Shown here: positions 1-13,382 of the stretch, one piece after another
How positions within the stretch are numbered: position 1 is the stretch's first letter
Layout of the letters: each line of letters starts with the position of its first letter
Assembly (NCBI GenBank): GCA_051294905.1
Contig: CM119371.1
Location: forward strand, 39,558,001-39,622,000
Reading direction: 5' to 3'
Source: Botryllus schlosseri
Lineage: Eukaryota
Length of the DNA stretch: 64,000 nucleotides
Translations under genes and position numbers: made by a program
Notes under the pieces: generated by a model
The model's database searches: none
Told to the model about the DNA's origin: nothing
Seen by the model: only the letters and a program-made list of their open reading frames with translations

Positions 1-1646
1 GCAGTCTTGACAGGGAACAGCAATTCAAGACTCTGACTATTCCTCTATGTTTTGCTGAACGAGCTGCAATGATAGTTGATAAGTTCAAGCTACTGTTGAA
101 CAGAAAAGATTTTTTCACACGGGATGACTACAAGCAATGTGTGACTAATGCTCTTGCTCTTCTCGGTGCAGATGAAGATATACGTCATCACAAACCTGGT
201 GCAGCACACCATGCGAGATGGATGGGTACAATTCTGTATGCTCAAAAGATGTTCATGTGGGCCGACCAATTAGATTACAAATCTGAAGAAGTTGAACTGC
301 TGCGCCGCTTCAATTTATTTTTGGTTCTCTTTTATATCCCTGCGTGGGTGGATTCAAGCATTGGTCGTGATGCAGCTGGTAATGACTTGAGATTCGTTCA
401 GCACATGTTGAGTTATAAGGAATATGATGAGCAAGTTTCCACAGCTGCTTCACGAAAGCTTTTGAAGCACGACTGGTATATTGTTGAGGAAACCGCTGTA
501 TACGCCTTGTTTTCACCGACGGAAAGCAAGGAAACCCGCAAAATATGGCAAAGGCGCTCCTGCAAGTAGAGCGAACTTCCAGTTTCAGAAGGGGCCCACC
601 CTCATTGAATGCAACTATACAGATCAACAAGGACAGTACGTTGTCTGACCTTATTGGGCCCCAGTCGTGGTACATATTTGAAGTTTTTGAATGCTCTGGG
701 GATTGGCTGCGTCAACCGGTTGATGATTGGCACTTTTCAGATTCATTCAATAAAATGAATTGCTACGTTAGTTCTGTCAAAGTCGTTAATGATGCCGCAG
801 AAAGAGGTGTCAAGCTAAGCACAGACTATGCTGCAATCTTGACTGACAATGAACAGCAAAGAGACAGTTTGCTTCAAGCTGTGGAACAGCATAGGAAGAT
901 TTTTGGAGACAGCAGGAAGTCTACTCTTATCAAAGGCCAGTGATCTGCAACACTGACCCTGCGATATACTTTTTAATGATGCCTTTTGTAAATAGCATTT
1001 TTGCCTTTGTTAAATCTTGAATAAAAAGTGTAATATGCGTTCGTTTTAGAGAGAGACGTCGACTTACCATAACAAGCCATAAGGAGAAATTGACTACTGG
1101 TTTGCAATTTATGAGTTACAGTCGTTGTCAACTGGTATGTTTTAGAAGGCTCGAAGGTAGCACGATGCATGCATCTAGTTCATTCTTATTTAAATTGGCC
1201 AAGCTCCTGTGCAAGAAGTAACAAAACTGTTATACACCGTGTTCAGGTAGAAAATATATTACTGGATCGTTATGCTGTTGTCGATGGCAGCATTAACAAC
1301 GTCAATTTACCATATCGCCAATGCCACGAACAGAAATGGCTGCAAACCAACACAACAGAGTAGAACGAAATCGTGACCAGCAATGATCACAAAATCAGTA
1401 TTTCAGCCAATCAGTAGCTTATTATTACAGGTTCCAACCAATCAAAATTCTAGGTTCGTGATTGCCCGCCCACTTCATCGATTCCCCGCCCACATGCAGA
1501 CGGCTACTTTCAAACGCTTTGTAAGAAATCTTAACGACGTTCCTGAGAGCTTCTTTCAGGCTTGTTGATGTTTTTAATCAATAATCTATAGAATAAGACA
1601 TTACAACGCAGCATTTTCGAAATTTTTCAAATTTTGGACAACCCTA
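1..1646 (+). mobile_element. Right part of a hATm-like DNA transposon; transposase C-terminal region (69-943) with a frameshift near 545
   Basis: ORFs 69-569 and 545-943 carry PGAAHHARWM and VVNDAAERGVKL..QAVEQHRK, motifs I recognise from hATm/Cc8-like transposases. The element ends ...TTTTGGACAACCCTA (reverse complement TAGGGTTGTCC...) and is followed by the 8-mer CTGTACAG. Confidence 0.75.
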
Positions 1647-1654
1647 CTGTACAG

Positions 1655-2299
1655 TAGGGGTGTTCAAAAATGACTTTTTCTTCCAAATTCTATTGGCTAC
1701 TTGATAAAATCGTTAGGTTACCTAATTGAAGCCTGCACACCAGATTTTATTCGATTCCAACCAGTAGCCGCATTGCTACAGTGGAAGAAAGTTTTTTTAT
1801 TTATTATATGAAAATGAATAAAAAAAGATTTAAAATTTTCTGTTCACCCCATTAAATTGTTAGGTTGTCTATAGAAACAATGCTCAACCGATTTGGCTCA
1901 ATTCCAACCAGTGAAAGCGGAGTTATTGGTGTCGCAAAATTTTGGATTTGAATAAAATAGTATTTACGGTGACCGATTCTTAATCATTTATTACAATTGT
2001 GCCCACCGTAAATAATAATTTAGTCAAATCCAAAATTTTCGACTGGTTTGAATTGAGCCAAATTTGGTGGGCATCGTTTCTATAGACAACCTTACAATTT
2101 CGTGGGTGAACAGAAAATTTCGAATTTTTTTTTTTACTAATTTTTAAATAATAAATAAAAAACTTTCTTCTCCTGTAGCAATGCGGCTACTGGTTGGAAT
2201 TGAACCAAATTTGGTGTGTAGGCTTCAATTCGGTAATCTAACAATTTTATCAAGTAGCCAGTAGAATTTGAGAATAAGAAGTCATTTTTAACACCCCTA
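1655..2299. mobile_element. hAT-type MITE with long TIRs (mirror copy at 11181-11825)
   Basis: TAGGGGTGTTCAAAAATGAC...GTCATTTTTAACACCCCTA, with perfect 8-bp TSD CTGTACAG at 1647-1654 and 2300-2307. Confidence 0.9.
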
Positions 2300-4033
2300 C
2301 TGTACAGCAAGCTTGGCTTGTTTCGCACTATACAGTTCTCCTGTAGCATTTCCAGGAAAACCAGACATTAGATTAGAATTAAAGTTAGACCATAGAAAGA
2401 TTTCATACATTCGATTAGAATTGGAATTAAAGCATAGACATTGCGCATTACGCAACGCTCAGCGTTGGATGAATATTCTGTTTAGAGATAAATTTGCAAT
2501 AAAACGTACATTTCGATCACATCATTTTTATGCTTGGGAGATATTATTAACTATACATGTGTATTTGATTGTGTAAAATGTGCTATAGAAGTCAGTCGAC
2601 GGAAGTGAATAGACAAGTCTGAACATGTATATTACAGCATATTAGAGATAGATTGTGCAATAACCGTTTTCGCTGAGTCATAAAACAAAACAAAATGGGA
2701 AGTAGGAGTGATTTGCTAGTTTGACGCACGTGAAATCGATATCATTATAGCGTTCATTTCATAAAAAGTCAATTTTGACTTGCATAAATCATCCTCGAGA
2801 CTACTCAAGGGTTAAATTACACTCAAAAGCTACGCAAGACGCTAATTTAGTATTCTAGAACTACTGAATTTTTTCGAAATCTACAACTAGAACTATAATT
2901 ACTCATTTTTCAATATCCGTAACTAAAACTAGCTTTTCCAAATTATAAAAACCGTAGTCAATGTGTATGACAGCTTTGGGTGTAAATCAAGAAGTAAGCA
3001 TAAAATAGGTGGCTACTATACTCGATAATGTTACATTGAATTCAACATCTTTATAACGAAACCGCTTGGAGACTGCGTTTAGCACAGTGCGATATCGCTC
3101 AAATATTCCATTAGCATCTCATCGTAAGGAGTCAGACTCGACTCACGATTTTCTGATAACGTTCATTGTAATTTTGAAATCTGTGGTTAACAACACTTTA
3201 ATATTTTCAAATCCAAATCCTGTTCCTGCGGAAATCTTTTCGGCTATATTCGCATTGGGCATTACGCAACGTTCAGCGTTGGATGAATATTCTGTTTAGA
3301 GATAAATTTGTAATAGAACGTACATTTCGACCACATCGTTTTTATGCTTGAGAGATATTATTAACTGCACATGTGTATTTGATTGTGTAAAATGTGTTAT
3401 AAAAGTCAGTCGACGGAAGTGAATAAACAAGTCTGATGTACACCTACAATCTACATGACTATACATTATGCTTAAATAATTATACAATTGAATAGTATAT
3501 TCATATTGAAATGAACCCCAATATTTTCGGCTGACACTCGTCAGGGGTAATCGTCAGCAACTAGTAGAGAATTGGAAAGAACATTGTATATCAACAATCG
3601 TATCACAAAATAGGTACCAATAGCTGTTGGGATCAATAATAGCTCAAACAGGGATCCGAATACGCTTCCGAATATACCTTCGACTGTTTTACCCATGCAT
3701 TAGCTTGCAAATGTAATCTAATATTAGGTTGTTTGTCAGCCTTAAATTCAGTGACGTAAATATCCTTGTTTTGACACCGCTGTCTAAATGTCATAAATTA
3801 CCCCACTCGCCTCACGTGCATCCACCAAACAATACCTTCGCTAATTAGTATTAATATTGTTCAACGCATTAGCTCGCAAATGTAGTCTAATATTAGGTGT
3901 TTTGTCAGCCTTTTCGTTTCACAATATCGGAGTGAATATTAGCGTTATAATTCATTAAGTTATAGTAGGCAACTGTAATAGCATCTGTATTGCATCCGGT
4001 TTCTATGCATCGGATATCGAGGGCTCAGTTGGA

Positions 4034-4609
4034 CTATAGATTACTAACCTACGGATAGATACGCAAGTCCCGTCGTTACGCTCCGGCAAGCAGTTACACT
4101 TGTTGCTGAGCAATCCAAAAGCAGCATAATTGGTGGAGGTATAGCTTGCGGCCCGAGGGCTGAAATGTGATGGAACTGGTCTTAATCGAGAGCTACTGCC
4201 TCACTGATTCCGAAAATACAAATTAAAATCGTGCCGGGATATGGAACCACCTCAAAACAGCCCTCAAAATCTGAAAATCGGCATTGTTCCAACAATGGCA
4301 CCACCGCAACAGGATGAACATAACAATGGCCAATTTCGTCAAGCGATTGTTCAGAACAATGCCGATTTTCAGACTTTGAGGGATGGTTTGACATGGTTCC
4401 ATTTCCTGACAAGATTTTAATTTGTATTCTCAGAATCAGTGCGACAGTAGCTCTCGATTAAGACCAGTTTCAATAAATTTCACCCCTCAGGTCGCAAGTT
4501 GTGACACCACCAATTATGCTGCTTTTAGATTGCTTAGCAATAAGTGTAACTGCTTGCCGGAGCGTAACGACGGGACTTGCGTATCCATCCGTAGGTTAGT
4601 AATCTATAG
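4034..4609. mobile_element. Foldback/palindromic MITE (mirror copy at 8871-9446)
   Basis: CTATAGATTACTAACCTACGG...CCGTAGGTTAGTAATCTATAG; nearly the whole element is self-complementary. Confidence 0.85.
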
Positions 4610-5047
4610 TTTGACCACACCTGCTCTAAACCATAACCATAACAACTTGAGTAAGTACTGTCACTAGGCAAACCCTAGCAGAGTTATGCTCAAATTATAT
4701 CAAATATTGCATGGAATATGGCAAATGAACACGCTAAGTATTATCAAGTGAAGGAAAACGAACGCCCAATTCCCTCTAGATACATATTTATTCGGAAAAT
4801 ATCTCCTTACCGGGTGAGTACAGTTGCTTTCTCAAGGTCTTCCTATCTTCCCCACTCAAGCGCGGTAAGACTAGTTTGACTTCGCGGTATTCAGGATTAT
4901 ATCTCACGAAGCTCTGAATGGAATTCACGTATTCCACGTCGACTATCGTTCTGTTGCTATCACTGAGGTCGATTGCCTTTAGCTGTTCATTGAATAATAG
5001 GCGATTTAGATCAATTAAAAAAATACAGAAACGAACTGCATCGCTAC

Positions 5048-5500
5048 TAGGGTTAGTTCGGATATCAATAATTTTCACTATCCGGATAACGGATATATCC
5101 GGATATTTTGGAATTTATCTAACCGGTTAACCGGATAATAACTGCTAAGTGAGACAATCGATTTCATTAAGTCTGCATGTAAAACGGATCGCAAAATCAT
5201 TACACAGTGTTATTGTAGAGTACCTACCTACGCGCGCAGTATGAGCGAATACGAGAAAAACCATGCAAATTTAATGTTCACTGCTTCTGCAATGCCCTCT
5301 TTATAAAGCACAGATGCATCAACTGTGGGATCCTGTAGCCGGGACCGGAATTTTGTAACAAAGAGTCCACGTTCATTGAATGCTTTTTCAGCTTCCACAT
5401 AAGTGGACTGAATAGAAAGCAGCGCTTCGTAGAGAGTCATAAGGTTGGCAGGTCGTACGCCGGAAACTTCAACGGCTTTGCATCCTTTTGACCATCCTTA
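5048..5500 (-). mobile_element. hAT transposon end with a decayed C-terminal dimerisation-domain fragment
   Basis: Begins TAGGGTTAGTTCGGATA with subterminal CCGGATA motifs. ORF 5228-5440 (STYVEAEKAF..GLFVTKFRSRL.D.TVDA) resembles the hAT dimerisation motif. Confidence 0.65.
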
Positions 5501-5958
5501 TGTTTAGGTTTAGAGCACTAGAAGGACGACTAGCTGATACTGGAATTGATGCCGACATCATACCTCGCTCTAATTCACGTGATCAGGCACGCAGCCAGCC
5601 GAAAATGTAGGGGGACTGAAATAAAATCAGGGGGTTTCGATTTTTTTTTCGAATTAATCATCAGCGGAAATCAATTACGCTTGCACGCACGCACATTTTT
5701 GCGAACATTCGATGTCATTCAGTTTCGCGGTGTCACTCTCAGAATCACTAATTAGAATACACTTAACGGCATATCGTCAACAAGCCATCGAGAGATAGGA
5801 GCCAATGCGTGCTGGGTCCGAGATGGTTAGGCCAGCGATTATATCGTTCGTAGGCCTATTGCAGATGCGATTGTGCAGGTCAACGATAATATCGTGAGCA
5901 CCAAGCCAATGAAGATGCGATTGTGCAGGCCAGCGATGGAATAGTGTGTACACTGCAC

Positions 5959-6078
5959 GTCTTCGTTGAGTTGAATAAACATAAAAAATATTTCCGCGCC
6001 CTCGGTTGTAGGGTTAGGAGGAATTAGGTTTAGGAGGGCGCGGAAATATTTTTTATGTTTATTCAACTCAATGAAGAC
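5959..6078. mobile_element. Small hairpin MITE
   Basis: Arms of about 45 bp: GTCTTCGTTGAGTTGAATAAACATAAAAAATATTTCCGCGCCCTC and its near-perfect complement. Confidence 0.7.
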
Positions 6079-6104
6079 CCATCGTCCTGCTTACTATATT
6101 TTAG

Positions 6105-8692
6105 AGCCGCATGAGTTAATTGAACACACCGCAAATTAGTACAAATCATCGACAGCAGGTATTTTATGTTCATTATGAAATTACTCTGCTTATGCTGTAA
6201 AAGAGTTTCGTTATTGAAAAATCACTGTAACATGATAAGTATATTATAATTAAACTCATCAGGGCGGCATACAACATTTTATAGTTTACATCTTCAAGCT
6301 GAAAAGAGGATGTACCATCAATTAGTACTTACGGATCATGATGAAGTGAATATTCCTTATGGGCTCTTTCACCAAACTACGACTGAATTGGATATACATA
6401 ATATCGCGAATGGTCTTATTCAGCAATGTCGCGTGTATGAGTTAGAATTTCGTCAATGCGATCTCAATGAAAACCTCGTAAAGATACTACTGGATAAAAT
6501 TCGTGGATTTGAATTTGTGGTAAACGCATTCACACATTCCACTCGTAGTCACTGATCATTATAAATTCACGTTCAATATAAGTATGTTATCTGTATAATA
6601 TTCAGATACGACTTTAAAATAACTTTCATCGTAATCGCGTTGTTCCCTATTACTAATGTGTTAAGGCGAGAATTGAAGGTAACGTAGCGAACAATGCTCA
6701 ATTGCTACTTGTATAGGAATCAGTCTCAATAGCCTTATTAGATAGGCTGTAGCCAAAGTTGATCAGTGTTAAACTGTTCATAGCTCATTTAGCGTTTTAT
6801 GCGTTAAGTTTTGCGCTCGTTCAGGTCGAAATAAGAAAACTCAGCGTTACGGCACACGACGACATTGAAAAACTCCTCCCAGTAATATGCGAGTTGATGA
6901 AGGAGTGTGGTTCGACGGAGCTCAATCTGGAAGAAAGTGATGGATCCGAAGATTTTCTAATCATTTTGGATCAACTTATCAGGCGGCATCAGGTATTGAT
7001 GATGGGAAAAGCTAGGCGCTAATCTAGTATAGAACCTCTCGAAGTGAGATTTCCTAATACCTCATTCCTATAGGTGAAATTACGAAACCTCAATCTCAGC
7101 TACGGGAAAAACATTAACTTTACGCAACTCGCGACTATTATTTCGAACGATCTAACCTATTTGTCACTTGTGAACTCGCACTTGCAGTCAAAAGATTTCG
7201 TTGCTCTACAGCTCAAAAACAGTAAGGTATGCGCGATTATTGCTGGGTATAGTCGTTAATGATCACATTCTGTATGAGCGATTGTGTGGAGATGGATGGA
7301 TAGAGCAAATTCTAGTTTAATCTAAGCACATTTCGCGTATATTATGACGTGAGTGGCTAATCAACATTTTTTTCTGTTATCAGTTTGAAATGTTTTATAT
7401 CTGATCAATGCTGATCGTAAATTGACAGTTTCCTATATTTGTTCAGCTCCAATATCTTGACATCAGCTACAATCAGCTGGATGAAGAGTGTATGACCGCG
7501 CTGCCTGCCTTACTTTGTAAAGACAAAGCGGTTACTCTTATCATGAAGGGGTGTGACCTTACACCCGAGGAAATGCGCGCTTTTGAAAGTTTTGCTTCTA
7601 TCGAGGTACTCACTCGTTTCTATAGTTTTGTGTGTCATTTTGAAATAAATTACTGTATTTGTAGGTCGAAAACCTTGATCTGAGTTATAATACGGATATG
7701 GAACCGACAGGTTTGAAAGAAGTTGGATGCTTTGTAAGAAAGCATAACACGAAAAACGTTCGACTTTCAGCTTGCGAATTGGACGAAGACTCACTAATCT
7801 CATTAAATAAAGGACTCGGAATTCATGAGGTGATCATTTGAACAAGATCCGTTATGTTTTCTAACTGAAATAATCAATCACAGTGTCATGCTTATGTGAG
7901 TTTTAGTCATATTCAAGCATGACACTTCGGCGATCGATAGAACTTTTATCATCAATAAAGTGTTTATGATCACATCTGAAAATAAATACTATCACTGCTT
8001 CTAAGCAAGAGGTTTTTTCAATCGTTCATTCATTTTAAAGCTAGTTTAGATGGTTTCTTCAATAACCTTTCGAGCTTCATTATTGTCTTCGGTGTTGCAT
8101 CAGTTTTGCTATTAGGAGCAGAAATCGCAAAAATTGCTCAACTGTTGATAAATAATATTATGACTAATCTATTACAGGTGTCTAGTCGTTTGTAGTCTCG
8201 TAAAATATTTGAACATTACACCATGTTTTAGCTGCATTCGCTGGATTTAAGTAGAAATCCTGGCATTTCATCCTGCTACAAAACACTAACTAAAGTCCTG
8301 TGCAATTCCCGCGTGGAAGAATTTAATATGAGTAATTGCAAGATGCTTTCCATGCAAATCAGGAATCTGAGCGAAGAGACGGGAAAGCGATGCGCTACAG
8401 TAAGATCTTTCTGCTCAATAGTAGATCCCGATGTAGCGATGCAGTTCGTTTCTGTATTTTTTTAATTGATCTAAATCGCCTATTATTCAATGAACAGCTA
8501 AAGGCAATCGACCTCAGTGATAGCAACAGAACGATAGTCGACGTGGAATACGTGAATTCCATTCAGAGCTTCGTGAGATATAATCCTGAATACCGCGAAG
8601 TCAAACTAGTCTTACCGCGCTTGAGTGGGGAAGATAGGAAGACCTTGAGAAAGCAACTGTACTCACCCGGTAAGGAGATATTTTCCGAATAA
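6105..8692 (+). CDS. Spliced LRR-region exons of an NLR-like protein: 6105-6158 (frameshifted), 6285-6519, 6825-6992, 7074-7226, 7447-7605, 7665-7829, 8232-8399, 8498-8669 (or to stop at 8692)
   Basis: Canonical AG/GT boundaries and phase-0 exons of 153-168 nt. Translations include LRNLNLSYG, LQYLDISYNQLDEECMTALPALL, VENLDLSYN, LHSLDLSRNP and LKAIDLSDSN. No start codon or NACHT exon is visible upstream on this strand. Confidence 0.85.
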
Positions 8693-11600
8693 ATATGTAT
8701 CTAGAGGGAATTGGGCGTTCGTTTTCCTTCACTTGATAATACTTAGCGTGTTCATTTGCCATATTCCATGCAATATTTGATATAATTTGAGCATAACTCT
8801 GCTAGGGTTTGCCTAGTGACAGTACTTACTCAAGTTGTTATGGTTATGGTTTAGAGCAGGTGTGGTCAAACTATAGATTACTAACCTACGGATGGATACG
8901 CAAGTCCCGTCGTTACGCTCCGGCAAGCAGTTACACTTATTGCTAAGCAATCTAAAAGCAGCATAATTGGTGGTGTCACAACTTGCGACCTGAGGGGTGA
9001 AATTTATTGAAACTGGTCTTAATCGAGAGCTACTGTCGCACTGATTCTGAGAATACAAATTAAAATCTTGTCAGGAAATGGAACCATGTCAAACCATCCC
9101 TCAAAGTCTGAAAATCGGCATTGTTCTGAACAATCGCTTGACGAAATTGGCCATTGTTATGTTCATCCTGTTGCGGTGGTGCCATTGTTGGAACAATGCC
9201 GATTTTCAGATTTTGAGGGCTGTTTTGAGGTGGTTCCATATCCCGGCACGATTTTAATTTGTATTTTCGGAATCAGTGAGGCAGTAGCTCTCGATTAAGA
9301 CCAGTTCCATCACATTTCAGCCCTCGGGCCGCAAGCTATACCTCCACCAATTATGCTGCTTTTGGATTGCTCAGCAACAAGTGTAACTGCTTGCCGGAGC
9401 GTAACGACGGGACTTGCGTATCTATCCGTAGGTTAGTAATCTATAGTCCAACTGAGCCCTCGATATCCGATGCATAGAAACCGGATGCAATACAGATGCT
9501 ATTACAGTTGCCTACTATAACTTAATGAATTATAACGCTAATATTCACTCCGATATTGTGAAACGAAAAGGCTGACAAAACACCTAATATTAGACTACAT
9601 TTGCGAGCTAATGCGTTGAACAATATTAATACTAATTAGCGAAGGTATTGTTTGGTGGATGCACGTGAGGCGAGTGGGGTAATTTATGACATTTAGACAG
9701 CGGTGTCAAAACAAGGATATTTACGTCACTGAATTTAAGGCTGACAAACAACCTAATATTAGATTACATTTGCAAGCTAATGCATGGGTAAAACAGTCGA
9801 AGGTATATTCGGAAGCGTATTCGGATCCCTGTTTGAGCTATTATTGATCCCAACAGCTATTGGTACCTATTTTGTGATACGATTGTTGATATACAATGTT
9901 CTTTCCAATTCTCTACTAGTTGCTGACGATTACCCCTGACGAGTGTCAGCCGAAAATATTGGGGTTCATTTCAATATGAATATACTATTCAATTGTATAA
10001 TTATTTAAGCATAATGTATAGTCATGTAGATTGTAGGTGTACATCAGACTTGTTTATTCACTTCCGTCGACTGACTTTTATAACACATTTTACACAATCA
10101 AATACACATGTGCAGTTAATAATATCTCTCAAGCATAAAAACGATGTGGTCGAAATGTACGTTCTATTACAAATTTATCTCTAAACAGAATATTCATCCA
10201 ACGCTGAACGTTGCGTAATGCCCAATGCGAATATAGCCGAAAAGATTTCCGCAGGAACAGGATTTGGATTTGAAAATATTAAAGTGTTGTTAACCACAGA
10301 TTTCAAAATTACAATGAACGTTATCAGAAAATCGTGAGTCGAGTCTGACTCCTTACGATGAGATGCTAATGGAATATTTGAGCGATATCGCACTGTGCTA
10401 AACGCAGTCTCCAAGCGGTTTCGTTATAAAGATGTTGAATTCAATGTAACATTATCGAGTATAGTAGCCACCTATTTTATGCTTACTTCTTGATTTACAC
10501 CCAAAGCTGTCATACACATTGACTACGGTTTTTATAATTTGGAAAAGCTAGTTTTAGTTACGGATATTGAAAAATGAGTAATTATAGTTCTAGTTGTAGA
10601 TTTCGAAAAAATTCAGTAGTTCTAGAATACTAAATTAGCGTCTTGCGTAGCTTTTGAGTGTAATTTAACCCTTGAGTAGTCTCGAGGATGATTTATGCAA
10701 GTCAAAATTGACTTTTTATGAAATGAACGCTATAATGATATCGATTTCACGTGCGTCAAACTAGCAAATCACTCCTACTTCCCATTTTGTTTTGTTTTAT
10801 GACTCAGCGAAAACGGTTATTGCACAATCTATCTCTAATATGCTGTAATATACATGTTCAGACTTGTCTATTCACTTCCGTCGACTGACTTCTATAGCAC
10901 ATTTTACACAATCAAATACACATGTATAGTTAATAATATCTCCCAAGCATAAAAATGATGTGATCGAAATGTACGTTTTATTGCAAATTTATCTCTAAAC
11001 AGAATATTCATCCAACGCTGAGCGTTGCGTAATGCGCAATGTCTATGCTTTAATTCCAATTCTAATCGAATGTATGAAATCTTTCTATGGTCTAACTTTA
11101 ATTCTAATCTAATGTCTGGTTTTCCTGGAAATGCTACAGGAGAACTGTATAGTGCGAAACAAGCCAAGCTTGCTGTACAGTAGGGGTGTTAAAAATGACT
11201 TCTTATTCTCAAATTCTACTGGCTACTTGATAAAATTGTTAGATTACCGAATTGAAGCCTACACACCAAATTTGGTTCAATTCCAACCAGTAGCCGCATT
11301 GCTACAGGAGAAGAAAGTTTTTTATTTATTATTTAAAAATTAGTAAAAAAAAAAATTCGAAATTTTCTGTTCACCCACGAAATTGTAAGGTTGTCTATAG
11401 AAACGATGCCCACCAAATTTGGCTCAATTCAAACCAGTCGAAAATTTTGGATTTGACTAAATTATTATTTACGGTGGGCACAATTGTAATAAATGATTAA
11501 GAATCGGTCACCGTAAATACTATTTTATTCAAATCCAAAATTTTGCGACACCAATAACTCCGCTTTCACTGGTTGGAATTGAGCCAAATCGGTTGAGCAT

Positions 11601-11833
11601 TGTTTCTATAGACAACCTAACAATTTAATGGGGTCAACAGAAAATTTTAAATCTTTTTTTATTCATTTTCATATAATAAATAAAAAAACTTTCTTCCACT
11701 GTAGCAATGCGGCTACTGGTTGGAATCGAATAAAATCTGGTGTGCAGGCTTCAATTAGGTAACCTAACGATTTTATCAAGTAGCCAATAGAATTTGGAAG
11801 AAAAAGTCATTTTTGAACACCCCTACTGTACAG
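8433..11833. repeat. Right arm of the 3.4-kb inverted repeat; contains the last clear LRR-region exon
   Basis: Mirror of 1647-5047. The inner boundary falls inside intron 8400-8497. Confidence 0.97.
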
Positions 11834-13319
11834 TGTACATACATTTGCTATTCTCATGCTCATAAGATGAACTATGATTTGATATTAACGGAGTTTGATT
11901 CAACTTTTCGCAATTTCAGTAATTCTCATTCTAATCTAATTTGAAAAAAAAAACTGTTAGCTAGAATTATAATTTTAATCTAATTTCAAACTGTGTAGCT
12001 ATAATTTTAATTCTACTCTAATTCGAAAAAAAAACTTGTAGTTGTAATCTAATTCCAATCTAATTTGGAAAAAGGGAACGTTTTCTAGTTGTCCAAGTCT
12101 GCCTGTTACAGGCGGTTTTCATGAAAACTATCCATAAATTTCCATCTTGTCGATGCCTAATTGCCCACACGTACAGTGATCGTGTGTGAATATGTTTCCT
12201 ATAGCGGTAAGTTCACCATATCGGCCACAGTCTGTGCTGCAATGCCTTAGCAAGTGAAACATCTGATTTTTTTGTAAGTACTTTGTGAAAATATATATAC
12301 TTCGTAACGGCTTCTATTTATGTAGTCTTTCTTTGAGTTATGCATGTTAACATATGTGCCTGTTAATTGGGTTGTGAATATGCATTTTGATTTCAGGATG
12401 ATGCCACACGTTCTTGCTGAAGATAGTGACTCAACCTTCGCCGTACAAGAGTGTTTTGCGAAAACCTGGAGGAGGCGACTTCCCGATATTACATGGGCGA
12501 CGTTCTTCGAGCAGTATTTTCAGTGAATTTTTTTTCTCCGTCGCTGGGATCTCTGTTTTTGTTATTTCACGAAATATGTTTCCATTTTATGTTATTATGG
12601 TTCAATTGATATCGAATATATGCAATCAAGACTGTTTATTTGCAATAGTTTGCCATTTGGAAGAAGATACAGGATATCAAGTAGGGTGTATATATTGAAA
12701 TTGAACCCCTATCAATTCTAATGGGTAGGGTGAAATATCCGATGTACACCGCAAGGAAGGGGGTGAATCTGGTCATATACAACGGCAGGGTTACGTAAGT
12801 TCTGTTTTCGTGTACCACCTTTTGGGGTGTGCATAACCACTCTTTTCGCTAAGAGACCATGACTATTCAACGCTTATACTGACGGATCGTAAAGTTTATC
12901 TCCAAATTTTACGACAACAGTTTTTTCCGGCAAATGATAGTGGGTACTTTTCAGCCATGATCTCAGAGCCATTTTTTCACATCACGAAACATCCAGAAAG
13001 AGGCTGGCTTAATCAAGCCATAATCGCAGTTTATCTACTAAGCGTATCTAAACCGTTGAAAATGTATTCCCTAATGACAACTGTGCGATACTCAACAATA
13101 ACAAAACGCAGCTGTTCGAACTTAGCGGATCCCATACAGCATTGCTAGCTCTAAATACTCCATTGAAAAATCTATTCCCCAATGAGTTAGATAACAGTGC
13201 GTTACTCGTAGCGATTCAATCGTATACTCTATAATATCAAAAACGCAAATGACTCGGTGGATATCACTGCTATCTATAAATACTAGTTGCATAGCTGAGG
13301 CTAAATGCCGTAAATGACT

Positions 13320-13382
13320 GCTGGGTTGGCCGAGTGGTTGAGGCGTTGGGCTTAAGTTCCAATGAGCAATTGTTCACGTGGG
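13320..13382 (+). pseudogene. 3'-truncated tRNA-Leu(TAA)-derived fragment
   Basis: GCTGGGTTGGCCGAGTGGTTGAGGCGTTGGGCTTAAGTTCCAATG...CACGTGGG shows the A box, a TAA anticodon arm and a long variable arm. The T loop (TTCGAA) and 3' acceptor strand are missing. Confidence 0.7.

Larger units (their letters stand above)
1647..5047. repeat. Left arm of a 3.4-kb near-perfect inverted repeat
   Basis: Reverse complement of 8433-11833. Mirror ORFs have coordinate sums of 13480 (e.g. 2313-2576 / 10904-11167). One mismatch was noticed, at 1845/11635. Confidence 0.97.

Noticed and set aside
2137..4667. Pairs of identical short ORFs on opposite strands
   Set aside because: By-products of the inverted repeat and MITEs, with no protein-like features.
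5820..5950. Short AGGCCAGCGAT/TTGCAGATGCGA repeats, also at 59220-59420
   Set aside because: Part of a dispersed repeat family; no evidence of a specific regulatory role.
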